From Bacteroidota bacterium (GTDB lineage: Bacteria; Bacteroidota; Bacteroidia; 2-12-FULL-35-15), in NCBI GenBank assembly GCA_023251805.1, contig JAHEYB010000001.1, positions 40,384-104,383 on the forward strand: DNA of 64,000 nucleotides, read 5' to 3'. The notes beneath the pieces were generated by a model. It was not told the origin of the DNA. It saw only the letters and a list, made by a program, of their open reading frames with translations, and made no database searches. Of the stretch, positions 12,185 through 20,722 are shown piece after piece. Each line of letters opens with the position of its first letter. Within the stretch, counting starts at the first letter, position 1. The position numbers were made by a program, and so were the translations under genes.

Positions 12185-12345
12185 AAGAGTGCGGCTGACG
12201 TCCACGAAAAGAGCGAACCACAAGTTTCGTGGCTATATGGCGTAAGGCATTTGCGGGAAAGACGAAAGCTTGGGGTTGGTTTTCGTGGTCGCTTTTTCTT
12301 TGTTTCTTTCTTTTTGAGAATCAAAAGAAAGAAAAGGGAAAGAAA
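12185..12345. repeat. Cluster of short palindromes (CCACGAAA / TTTCGTGG words and an ttctttctttt..aaaagaaagaa hairpin)
   Basis: Read directly in the 344-bp panC-panD spacer. tccacgaaaa, gtttcgtggc and ttttcgtggtcgc recur, and there is an 11-bp-arm hairpin at about 12303-12335. Confidence 0.4.
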
Positions 12346-12469
12346 GAACTCAAATCATACTAATATTGTGGAATGCCTTTTAGGAGAGCACAATTTGTAT
12401 ATATAAATCCTTACTCCGTCTAAAATCCTACCTTAGAATTGAATTTATTTATTTAGTTTTGTTCCCGTT

Positions 12470-12820
12470 ATGCAAATAGAAGTTTTAAAATCAAAAATCC
12501 ATCGGGTAAGCGTTACAGAAGCTGATTTAAATTATATCGGTTCGGTAACGATTGACGAAAATTTAATGGATGCTGCCAATTTTATTGAAAATGAAAAAGT
12601 AGACATTTTCAATTACAACAACGGAGAACGTTTTTCCACCTATGTCATAAAAGGAGAACGTGGTTCAGGCGTTATTTGTTTAAATGGCCCTGCTTCTTTA
12701 AAAGTAAAAGTTGGCCATGAAGTCATTATTGTTTCTTACGCTATTATGGATTTTGAACTTGCTAAGAAACACCAGCCAACCGTTGTTTTTCCTGACCCGA
12801 AAACAAATTCTTTAAGATAG
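12470..12820 (+). CDS. panD: Aspartate 1-decarboxylase PanD
   Basis: 116 aa. [12 protein letters not shown].. with the Gly24-Ser25 self-processing site (YIGSVTID). Confidence 0.95.
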   Translation: MQIEVLKSKIHRVSVTEADLNYIGSVTIDENLMDAANFIENEKVDIFNYNNGERFSTYVIKGERGSGVICLNGPASLKVKVGHEVIIVSYAIMDFELAKKHQPTVVFPDPKTNSLR

Positions 12821-12824
12821 TATT

Positions 12825-13841
12825 TTGAAAAAACAAATGCTCAACATATTAAAAATCCTTTTCTTTTTAGGATTAGGAATTGCTTTGATATGGCTGGCAT
12901 TACGAAAAACAACGGACCAAGAGTTCGCAAATATTAAAACATCTTTTTTAACTGCGAACTATTTTTGGGTTTCACTATCCATCTTAATCACCGGACTAAG
13001 TCATTTTTTTAGAGCAGTTCGCTGGAAAATTCTTTTAAAACCCTTAGGCCATACTCCAAAAACTTCCAATACTTTTTTTGCAGTAATGGTAGGCTATCTC
13101 GCCAATTTTGCAATTCACCGCATGGGAGAAGTAACTCGTTGTGGATTGCTTACAACATATGAAAAAGTGCCATTTACTGCAGGTTTCGGAACCGTTATTT
13201 CGGAGCGGGCATTTGATGTCGTTTGTTTGCTTATCATCTTTTTTGCTGCCTTGGGAATGGAGTTCGATCGTATTTATGGCATCGCAAACAATTTAATTTT
13301 TCATACTATTTCTCAAAAATTTCATTCCTTGATGGAGAAACAAACGTTTGTTATCGGAGCGGGGATTACACTTTTCATAATTGCAATTGCAATGTTTTAT
13401 TTTCGTAAAAAAATCCAATCCTTGTTTTCAACAAAAGTAAAAGGCTTTTTAAACGGACTGTGGAGTGGATTGATAAGTATAAAAAATGTTGACAAGCCCG
13501 TTTGGTTTATTGTTCATACCATTCTTATATGGACAATGTACGTTCTGCAAGTGTATGTATGCTTTTATGCGTTTCCGGAAACATCACACTTGTCGATAAT
13601 GGTAGCGGTTGTTATTGTTGTGTTTGGAAGTTTGGGCGTGATTGCTACTCCGGGTGGAACAGGTGCTTATCAGTTAATTGTTATCCAAATCCTGATGTCG
13701 ATATACTTGATTTCATACACCTCTGCTTTTGCTTTTGCTTGGGCCGTTTGGACATCCCAGTTTATTTTTATTCTATTCACAGGATTCCTTTCCCTGCTTC
13801 TTTTAACATTGCTAAATAAAGTGGCAAAGCCTGAGGAATAA
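12825..13841 (+). CDS. Lysylphosphatidylglycerol-synthase-TM-domain (UPF0104) family membrane protein
   Basis: 338 aa polytopic membrane protein with the ..RAVRWKILL.. motif. It commonly follows panD in Bacteroidota. The start could be the ATG at 12837. Confidence 0.6.
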   Translation: MKKQMLNILKILFFLGLGIALIWLALRKTTDQEFANIKTSFLTANYFWVSLSILITGLSHFFRAVRWKILLKPLGHTPKTSNTFFAVMVGYLANFAIHRMGEVTRCGLLTTYEKVPFTAGFGTVISERAFDVVCLLIIFFAALGMEFDRIYGIANNLIFHTISQKFHSLMEKQTFVIGAGITLFIIAIAMFYFRKKIQSLFSTKVKGFLNGLWSGLISIKNVDKPVWFIVHTILIWTMYVLQVYVCFYAFPETSHLSIMVAVVIVVFGSLGVIATPGGTGAYQLIVIQILMSIYLISYTSAFAFAWAVWTSQFIFILFTGFLSLLLLTLLNKVAKPEE

Positions 13842-13900
13842 TATTCCTATTTTTACATCAAGCATTTATAATTCACGATTCATAATTTATAATTTTTTTC

Positions 13901-14446
13901 ATGGTTCCTTACAATCAAAAACGTCCTGCTTTAGAAATTATTCAGGAGAAAATATTTACACAAGAAACATTATTAAAACCATTAATCGTTTGGCGATTCA
14001 AAGGCGATAAAATTGTTTTTACAAACGGATGTTTTGATATTATTCATCGCGGACATGTTGACTATCTTGCGAAAGCAAGTGATTTAGGGAATCAATTAAT
14101 TGTTGGAATCAATAGCGATGCTTCTGTAAAACGTCAAGGTAAAAGCAGCTCTCGTCCTTTGCAAGATGAACAAACACGTGCTTTGATTTTGGCTTCTTTA
14201 CACTTTGTAAGTGGTGTAATTATTTTTGATGAAGACACTCCATTGGAATTAATCAAATTTGTTAATCCGGAAGTATTGGTGAAAGGTGCAGATTATGATG
14301 CGAATGAAACAAACATTACCAGCAAAAAATACATTGTAGGCTCTGATGTTGTGAAAGCAAATAAAGGGGATGTGAAAACGATTGAATTTTTGGAAGGGTT
14401 CTCTACGAGCGGAATCGAACAAAAGATAGTAGATAGTAAACAGTAG
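13901..14446 (+). CDS. RfaE domain-II-like D-glycero-beta-D-manno-heptose-1-phosphate adenylyltransferase (cytidylyltransferase family)
   Basis: 181 aa. FTNGCFDIIHRGHVDYL nucleotidyltransferase signature. The last codons and stop lie inside the left inverted repeat of the neighbouring cassette. Confidence 0.75.
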   Translation: MVPYNQKRPALEIIQEKIFTQETLLKPLIVWRFKGDKIVFTNGCFDIIHRGHVDYLAKASDLGNQLIVGINSDASVKRQGKSSSRPLQDEQTRALILASLHFVSGVIIFDEDTPLELIKFVNPEVLVKGADYDANETNITSKKYIVGSDVVKANKGDVKTIEFLEGFSTSGIEQKIVDSKQ

Positions 14447-14474
14447 ACAATTAAAAAAAGTAAACAATAAACAA
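14441..14474. repeat. Left arm of a 34-nt inverted repeat flanking the four-helix-bundle gene
   Basis: cagtagacaattaaaaaaagtaaacaataaacaa matches the reverse complement of 14895-14928 at 33/34 positions (compared by hand). Confidence 0.85.
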
Positions 14475-14497
14475 ATTAAAATAAAAGGGAAGAGAAT

Positions 14498-14887
14498 ATG
14501 GGAGAGCAAAATAATTCTTCATTTAAGTTTAAAGATTTAACAGTATATAAAAAAGCATTTGAGCTTTCAATGGATATTTTTCAAATAACAAAAAAGTTTC
14601 CAACGGATGAAAAGTATGGCTTGACAAGTCAAATCAGAAGATCTTCTCGATCGGTTTGCTCTTCAATTGGAGAAGGTTATAGAAAACGAAAATACGAAGC
14701 TCATTTTATTAGCAAAACTAGTGATGCAGATATGGAAAACAGTGAAACAAGCGTTTGGGTCGATTTTGCTTTTGAGTGCGGATATATAGATAAGTTAGAT
14801 CAAACAAATTTTAATAATAAAGCAGCAGAGATAGGGCGATTATTAAATCATATGATGGAAAACCCTCAAAAATATAATCGAAGCTAG
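14498..14887 (+). CDS. Four-helix-bundle protein (23S rRNA intervening-sequence protein / Avd-like family)
   Basis: 129 aa. F.DL.VYKKAFELSMDIF.ITKKFP..EKYGLTSQIRRSS.SV.S.I.EGY is the typical TIGR02436/PF05635 signature. Confidence 0.75.
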   Translation: MGEQNNSSFKFKDLTVYKKAFELSMDIFQITKKFPTDEKYGLTSQIRRSSRSVCSSIGEGYRKRKYEAHFISKTSDADMENSETSVWVDFAFECGYIDKLDQTNFNNKAAEIGRLLNHMMENPQKYNRS

Positions 14888-14894
14888 TAATGAA

Positions 14895-14928
14895 TTGTCT
14901 ATTGTTTACTTTTTTTAATTGTCTACTG
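14895..14928. repeat. Right arm of the 34-nt inverted repeat
   Basis: ttgtctattgtttactttttttaattgtctactg. It ends 6 nt before the radA ATG. Confidence 0.85.
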
Positions 14929-14933
14929 AATTA

Positions 14934-16307
14934 ATGGCTAAAACAAAAACATCTTTCTTCTGTCAAAACTGTGGAACGCAATCGGCAAAATGGATTGGAA
15001 AATGTCCTTCTTGTAATGAGTGGAATACTTATGTAGAAGAAGTTGTTTCAAAAGGAGAAGATGCAAAAACACCTGGTATTGCTAGTACAAGCACACAGCG
15101 TGCTTCCAAACCACAATTGGTTACGGAGATAAATTTAGAAGCGCATCCTCGCATCGAATTATACGATAAAGAACTTTCAAGAGTATTGGGTGGTGGATTG
15201 GTTCCAGGCTCATTAACTTTATTTGGTGGTGAACCAGGAATTGGAAAATCTACTTTGATGTTGCAAGTTGCTGTGAACATGAAGAACTTAAAAGTACTTT
15301 ATGTTTCAGGTGAAGAAAGTGAACAACAAATTCGTATGCGTGCCGAACGTATCGGAATGAACAATCCGAATTGCTACATCTTAACAGAAACATCCACGCA
15401 AAATATTTTTAAGCAAATTGAACAACTGGAACCGAATTTTGTCATCATCGATTCTATTCAAACATTACATTCTGCGCATATTGAATCATCACCAGGAAGT
15501 GTTTCGCAAATTCGTGAATGTACTGCAGAGTTGCTGCGTTATGCAAAAGAAAGCGGAACTCCTGTTTTTTTAATCGGACATATTACCAAAGACGGAAGTT
15601 TAGCGGGACCGAAAGTACTGGAACACATGGTAGACACTGTTCTACAATTTGAAGGAGATAGAAATCACGTGTATCGTTTGTTACGCACAGCAAAAAATCG
15701 TTTTGGTTCTACCAACGAATTAGGAATTTATGAAATGCAAGGAAGTGGTTTGCGCGAGGTAAGCAACCCATCCGAAATATTAATTACAGCTCGTGAAGAA
15801 TTAGTAAGTGGAGTTGCTATCGCAGCTACGATGGAAGGAATGCGTCCAATGTTGATTGAAACACAAGCGCTTGTAAGTACTGCTGCTTACGGAACACCAC
15901 AACGTTCATCAACAGGTTTTGATTTAAGAAGATTGTCGATGTTGTTAGCTGTTTTAGAAAAACGTTGCGGATTTAGATTAGGGATAAAAGATGTGTTCTT
16001 AAACATTGCCGGTGGAATAAAAGTGGAAGATCCAGGAATTGATTTAGCATTGGTGTGTGCAGTTCTTTCAAGTAATGAAGATATGCCCATCTCTCCGAAA
16101 GTTTGTTTTGCAGGCGAAGTTGGCTTGAGCGGTGAAATTCGCCCGGTGAATCGTATCGATCAACGTATTTCCGAAGCCGAAAAATTGGGCTTCGAACATA
16201 TCTTTATTTCCAAATACAATAAAAAAGGATTGGATTTAAAAAGCTACCACATCAAAATTACCATGGTTGGTAAGATAGAAGAGGTGTTCAGCTTGTTGTT
16301 TGGATAG
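14934..16307 (+). CDS. radA: DNA repair protein RadA
   Basis: N-terminal C4 zinc finger (CQNCG..CPSCNEW), Walker A GEPGIGKST, KNRFG motif, Lon-like C-terminal domain. ATG at 14934 is preferred over the TTG at 14919. Confidence 0.95.
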   Translation: MAKTKTSFFCQNCGTQSAKWIGKCPSCNEWNTYVEEVVSKGEDAKTPGIASTSTQRASKPQLVTEINLEAHPRIELYDKELSRVLGGGLVPGSLTLFGGEPGIGKSTLMLQVAVNMKNLKVLYVSGEESEQQIRMRAERIGMNNPNCYILTETSTQNIFKQIEQLEPNFVIIDSIQTLHSAHIESSPGSVSQIRECTAELLRYAKESGTPVFLIGHITKDGSLAGPKVLEHMVDTVLQFEGDRNHVYRLLRTAKNRFGSTNELGIYEMQGSGLREVSNPSEILITAREELVSGVAIAATMEGMRPMLIETQALVSTAAYGTPQRSSTGFDLRRLSMLLAVLEKRCGFRLGIKDVFLNIAGGIKVEDPGIDLALVCAVLSSNEDMPISPKVCFAGEVGLSGEIRPVNRIDQRISEAEKLGFEHIFISKYNKKGLDLKSYHIKITMVGKIEEVFSLLFG

Positions 16308-16308
16308 T

Positions 16309-16530
16309 ATTAGCCAGGACCCTCAGATCGTGGTAAGGAAATCCCAAAATATAAATTGTGCTTTAGTTTCAATAGCAATGCTAGTGATTAGCCACGACCT
16401 TCAGGTCGTGGTAAAAGTTCCCCCACCAAAATAGGGCTTTAGCCCAAACTAAACTATTCTCAGTTGTGGCTAAAGTCCACGAGTCTCATCACCATCTATT
16501 CCCCCCGAGCTAAAGCACAGAGCACCTTAC
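16309..16530. repeat. Array of short palindromic units (ttagccacgaccttcaggtcgtggtaa + gggctttagccc type)
   Basis: Two roughly 78-nt direct repeats start at about 16309 and 16387. Each has a CCACGACC..GGTCGTGG hairpin and a GCTTTAG word. Further gtggctaaagtccac and gagctaaagcac units follow. Confidence 0.55.
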
Positions 16531-16557
16531 CACTATTAATTCCCTACATTTGTATGT

Positions 16558-17463
16558 ATGCCAACACTCAACATTATATCGTGGTTTGATAAAAGCACCG
16601 TAAAACACTTACGCTTGCCTTTTTCCTATCATTTAATGCCAGTGTTTTTATTTGCATTGAGTCAGGCTGAAACAATCAACTGGCAAAACACAATTATTGC
16701 ATTTCTAATTTTACACCTGCTCATTTATCCTTCCAGTAATGGATATAATAGTTATCAAGATAAGGATGAAACAAGTATCGGAGGCTTAAAGCATCCGCCA
16801 AAAGTTTCAGAAAATCTATTTTATGCAACACTTCTTTTAGATGTTGTTGGCGTTTTACTCGCTTCTATTGTTTCTATTCATTTCTCCATTTTTGTATTGA
16901 TCTATGTCTTGATTTCTCGTGCATACAGCTATCGTAATTTGCGGTTGAAAAAACATGCTGTTATCGGTTTTTTGACGGTGTTTGTGTTTCAAGGAGCTTT
17001 TACTTACGTGATGGTGGCATCAGCACTTGCTGATTTTTCTGTAGAAAACTTTTTTACCCTCAATAACGTAATTTGTGTGAGTGTTGCTAGTTTGTTCATT
17101 GGAAGCGTTTATCCACTTACGCAGATTTATCAGCACCAAGCAGATAAAAAAGATGGAGTAACAACCATCAGTTACAAATTAGGATACACCGGAACATTTG
17201 TGTTTTCGTCTCTTATGTTCGGTGTAGCAAGTGGATTGTTGTACTACTATTTTGATAAAAAAAATGAGCTTATTAATTTAATCTTGTTTTTTATCTTGAT
17301 GTTACCAGTTGTAATCCGTTTATTTGTTTGGTTTATGAAAGTGAGGAAAGACAACTCCCATGCAAATTTTGAAAACACTATGAGTATGAATTTGATGGCT
17401 TCTTCGTGCATGAATATTTATTTTTTAACTTTAATACTGAATCATCACTTTTCTTGGTTCTAA
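16558..17463 (+). CDS. UbiA-family aromatic prenyltransferase (membrane)
   Basis: 301 aa, about 8 predicted TM helices. Asp-rich motifs NGYNSYQDKDE and QHQADKKDG sit in the expected cytoplasmic loops. Confidence 0.7.
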   Translation: MPTLNIISWFDKSTVKHLRLPFSYHLMPVFLFALSQAETINWQNTIIAFLILHLLIYPSSNGYNSYQDKDETSIGGLKHPPKVSENLFYATLLLDVVGVLLASIVSIHFSIFVLIYVLISRAYSYRNLRLKKHAVIGFLTVFVFQGAFTYVMVASALADFSVENFFTLNNVICVSVASLFIGSVYPLTQIYQHQADKKDGVTTISYKLGYTGTFVFSSLMFGVASGLLYYYFDKKNELINLILFFILMLPVVIRLFVWFMKVRKDNSHANFENTMSMNLMASSCMNIYFLTLILNHHFSWF

Positions 17464-17509
17464 GTCTTCAACTCAGCTCAGCCTGACGAATGGATATAAT
17501 AATATTAAT

Positions 17510-18592
17510 ATGAGTAAAATAATTTCCATAGGAACTGCCGTACCCGAGCATCGCACCAAACAACCTGCGATACTCGAATTTATGCAAGCAGCATATGGAA
17601 ACGATGTGGCTTCTCGTAAACTAAATGTACTGTTCAACAATAGTGGGATTAGTTCACGCTATTCGGTCATTCCGGATTTTGATAAGAGTAAAAATCAGCA
17701 CATTTTCTTTAATGGAACACCTAGCACAGCAACAATTGAAAACCGATTGGATGTATTCAAAGAAAAAGCAATTCCATTAGCGCTCGATGCAATTGAAAAT
17801 GCGTTTAAAAAAATCGATACAAATTTTGAAACGTTTGGTGTCACACATTTAATCACCGTTTCTTGTACAGGCTTGTATGCTCCTGGTTTGGATGCTGTTT
17901 TAATTGAAAAATTAAATCTTCCAAAAGATATTTTTCACACCTCAGTGAACTTTTTAGGATGTAATGCTGCTTTTCATGCCTTGAAAATCGGAGATATGAT
18001 TACAAAATCGGAGCCTGATGCAAAAGTGTTGATTGTTTGCGTGGAGCTGTGTACCTTGCATTTTCAGCCGAAAAACAATCACGACAATTTATTATCAAAT
18101 ACCATTTTTGGTGACGGAGCGGCAGCGGTTATCATGACATCTGCAGACAACAATCAAAAAGGAATTAGCATCAAAGGATTTTATTCGTTGTTGTTGGATG
18201 AAGGGAAAGAGTTGATGGGTTGGAACATTACGCCAGTAAATTTCGAAATGATTTTGGATGCGAAAATTCCAGAAATGATCGGAGATAAAGTCAACGAAAT
18301 TGTCGTAAGTGCATCAAAAAAGTTAAACATACAACCCGAATCAATATCGCAGTGGGCCATTCACCCGGGAGGAAAGAAAATTGTAGATGTGATAAAAAAC
18401 AAATTGCAACTCAGCGATGAAAAAGCAAAAGCATCTTACAAAGTATTAGATGAATTTGGAAACATGTCTTCCCCAACTATTTTATTTGTATTAAATGAGT
18501 TGATGAAAGAATCCAAAGCGGGAGATATAATTTTCTCAATCGGATTTGGCCCTGGTTTAAGTATAGAAACGGCTTTGTTTATTAATGAGTAA
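17510..18592 (+). CDS. Type III polyketide synthase (chalcone/stilbene synthase family)
   Basis: 360 aa. Catalytic triad context is present: Cys151 (NFLGCNAA), His285 (AIHPGGKKI), Asn318 (FGNMSSPT). C-terminal GFGPG loop. Confidence 0.9.
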   Translation: MSKIISIGTAVPEHRTKQPAILEFMQAAYGNDVASRKLNVLFNNSGISSRYSVIPDFDKSKNQHIFFNGTPSTATIENRLDVFKEKAIPLALDAIENAFKKIDTNFETFGVTHLITVSCTGLYAPGLDAVLIEKLNLPKDIFHTSVNFLGCNAAFHALKIGDMITKSEPDAKVLIVCVELCTLHFQPKNNHDNLLSNTIFGDGAAAVIMTSADNNQKGISIKGFYSLLLDEGKELMGWNITPVNFEMILDAKIPEMIGDKVNEIVVSASKKLNIQPESISQWAIHPGGKKIVDVIKNKLQLSDEKAKASYKVLDEFGNMSSPTILFVLNELMKESKAGDIIFSIGFGPGLSIETALFINE

Positions 18593-19325
18593 ATTCACTA
18601 ATCGCTCCTACGAACTCGAATTACTGGATGCAACCAACATCCCTAAAGAATTACTTTTTCAAAACCTTCGTGAATTAGATGTGGTAAATCGTTTGTTGGG
18701 AGGACACGCAATCACACTCTCTGGAATCAAAAAATTAGTCAAGAATAAAAATAAAACGTATCACATCATTGATATTGGTTGTGGAGGCGGAGACGCCATG
18801 ATTCAAATTGCGAAATGGGCAAAAATAAATTCCTATAAAGTAAAATTAACGGGAGTTGATATGAATGCGGATTGTATTGATTACATGAAAAATGCTTGCA
18901 AAGAGTTTTCTGAAATCGATGGAGTAGTGATGGATTATCGCGATTATTTAAAAACAAATGCGAATGTAGACATTGTGCATTGCTCCTTGTTTTGCCATCA
19001 TTTAAAAGAGGATGAGTTGATAGAGTTGTTTCAATACATGAATAAACATGCACATGTTGGATTTGTAATAAACGATTTACAGCGACAATGGTTTGCGTAT
19101 TATAGCATTTGGTTTTTAACACGTTTATTAAATGGTTCTTCTTTGGTAAAAAATGATGCGCCATTATCGGTGTTACGCGGATTTAGAAAAAACGAGTTGG
19201 AAAAATTATTGAATGAATCAGAAGTGAAAAATTATTTTTTGAGTTGGAAATGGGCATTTAGATATTTAGTGACAAAAAATTACAACACAGAGAACGCAGA
19301 GCTAAAAAGAGGTCCACAGAGTTAA
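18585..19325 (+). CDS. Class I SAM-dependent methyltransferase
   Basis: 246 aa. SAM motif I IIDIGCGGGD. Overlaps the PKS stop by 8 nt. The last ~25 codons lie in a tandemly duplicated repeat. Confidence 0.8.
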   Translation: MSKFTNRSYELELLDATNIPKELLFQNLRELDVVNRLLGGHAITLSGIKKLVKNKNKTYHIIDIGCGGGDAMIQIAKWAKINSYKVKLTGVDMNADCIDYMKNACKEFSEIDGVVMDYRDYLKTNANVDIVHCSLFCHHLKEDELIELFQYMNKHAHVGFVINDLQRQWFAYYSIWFLTRLLNGSSLVKNDAPLSVLRGFRKNELEKLLNESEVKNYFLSWKWAFRYLVTKNYNTENAELKRGPQS

Positions 19326-19514
19326 TAGAGGAAACAAATCAACTCTGTGAAACTTTGAAAACTCAGTGAACTTTGTCTTGAAAATGGGCTTTCAAATACT
19401 TGGTGACAAAAAATTACAACACAGAGAACGCAGAGCTAAAAAGAGGTCCACAGAGTTAATAGAGGAAACAAATCAACTCTGTGAACCTCTGCAAACTCGG
19501 TGTCCTCTGTTTTG
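19247..19514 (+). repeat. Two-copy tandem duplication, period 134 bp, with an 83-nt perfectly identical core
   Basis: Core gtgacaaaaaattacaacacagagaacgcagagctaaaaagaggtccacagagttaatagaggaaacaaatcaactctgtgaa lies at 19269-19351 and again at 19403-19485 (hand alignment). Copy 1 supplies the methyltransferase C-terminus and stop. Confidence 0.9.
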
Positions 19515-19530
19515 AAAATTCGGAAGTTTA

Positions 19531-20700
19531 ATGAACAACTCTAACACTTACAAAGTAAGTATTATCGGTGGCGGATTAGCCGGTTTAGCATTAGCCATAC
19601 AACTAGCTGATGCCGGACACTCTTGCGTGTTGTTCGAAAAAAATAAATATCCCTTTCACAAAGTGTGTGGAGAATATATTTCCATGGAGTCTTGGAATTT
19701 TTTAGAGCGATTGGGATTAAATTTATCGGAATTAAACCTTCCTAAAATAAATCGTTTACAAGTTTCATCCCCCTCCGGAAAATTATTAAAACACCAATTG
19801 GATCTTGGTGGCTTCGGAATCAGCAGATATTTGTTAGATTCCAAGCTTTCGGAAATTGCTAAGAATAAAGGAGTTCGCGTATTAGATGATTGCAAAGTAA
19901 ACGATGTGAAGTTTAATGAAAATCAATTTACTGTCGATTCCGCTCAAGGAATTTTTACTTCTGAACTTTGTATCGGAGCCTGGGGCAAAAAAAGTAACCT
20001 TGATACAAAATTACGGAGATTGTCCCCCGGAGTTTATCCTGAGCGGAGTCGAAGGAGAGGGGGCAGGGGGAGGGCCGGACAGAACTACGTTGGAATTAAA
20101 TACCATATCAATATTGATTTTCCAGCTGATTTAATTGAGCTTCATAACTTTAAAAACGGTTATTGCGGAATTTCTAAAATAGAAGAAGATAGATATTGTC
20201 TGTGTTATTTAACAGATTCAGAAAACCTAAAAAAGTATAATGGCGATATCAACAAAATGGAAAAAGAAGTATTGTTTCAAAATCCATTTTTGAAAGAGTA
20301 TTTTTCCAAAGCAAAATTTTTATTTGAAGAACCATTAGCCATTTCGCAAATTAAAATTGGTTATAAAAGTGCTGTAGAAAATAATATTCTAATGCTAGGC
20401 GACACTGCAGGAAATATTGCACCATTGAGTGGAAACGGAATGAGCATGGCGATGAGAAGCTCTTTTGAGCTCAATAAGTTGTTAAATAGTTACTTTGAGA
20501 ATAAAATCACGAGAGAAAAATTAGAAAATCAGTATTTGAAATTCTGGACTTCTCAATTCAAAAAAAGAGTAGAACTTTCGAAAACATTACAAAAACTTTT
20601 AAAAAATTCAGGGATGACTAATTTGGCAATTGCTTTTTTAAGAGTCGTTCCCTTTTTGAGGAATGCAGTAGTGAAATCAACACACGGAAAGCCGTTTTGA
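19531..20700 (+). CDS. FAD-dependent oxidoreductase (geranylgeranyl-reductase / aromatic hydroxylase-like flavoprotein)
   Basis: 389 aa. N-terminal dinucleotide fold VSIIGGGLAGLALAIQLADAGHSCVLFEK and a C-terminal GDTAGNIAPLSGNGMSMA motif. Contains an odd Arg/Gly-rich insert (next feature). Confidence 0.8.
   Translation: MNNSNTYKVSIIGGGLAGLALAIQLADAGHSCVLFEKNKYPFHKVCGEYISMESWNFLERLGLNLSELNLPKINRLQVSSPSGKLLKHQLDLGGFGISRYLLDSKLSEIAKNKGVRVLDDCKVNDVKFNENQFTVDSAQGIFTSELCIGAWGKKSNLDTKLRRLSPGVYPERSRRRGGRGRAGQNYVGIKYHINIDFPADLIELHNFKNGYCGISKIEEDRYCLCYLTDSENLKKYNGDINKMEKEVLFQNPFLKEYFSKAKFLFEEPLAISQIKIGYKSAVENNILMLGDTAGNIAPLSGNGMSMAMRSSFELNKLLNSYFENKITREKLENQYLKFWTSQFKKRVELSKTLQKLLKNSGMTNLAIAFLRVVPFLRNAVVKSTHGKPF
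20022..20082 (+). repeat. GC-rich repeat-family sequence inserted in frame in the flavoprotein gene
   Basis: gtcccccggagtttatcctgagcggagtcgaaggagagggggcagggggagggccggac carries the CCTGAGCGGAGTCGAAGG word otherwise seen only between genes (26329, 28896, 30839, 34761, 47467, 50237). It translates to SPGVYPERSRRRGGRGRAGQ. Confidence 0.6.
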
Positions 20701-20722
20701 TTTATTTTGTTAAATTTACCCT

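Noticed and set aside
12126-12469. Structured regulatory RNA in the 344-bp panC-panD spacer
   Set aside because: The apparent structure is explained by the CCACGAAA/TTTCGTGG word repeats and a low-complexity AG/CT hairpin of the same kind seen in other spacers. I recognise no known pantothenate-related RNA motif. It is kept only as a repeat feature.
14498-14887. Four-helix-bundle gene as the Avd component of a diversity-generating retroelement
   Set aside because: No reverse transcriptase gene and no template/variable repeat pair is visible anywhere in the 64-kb window. The only flanking repeats are the 34-nt inverted arms.
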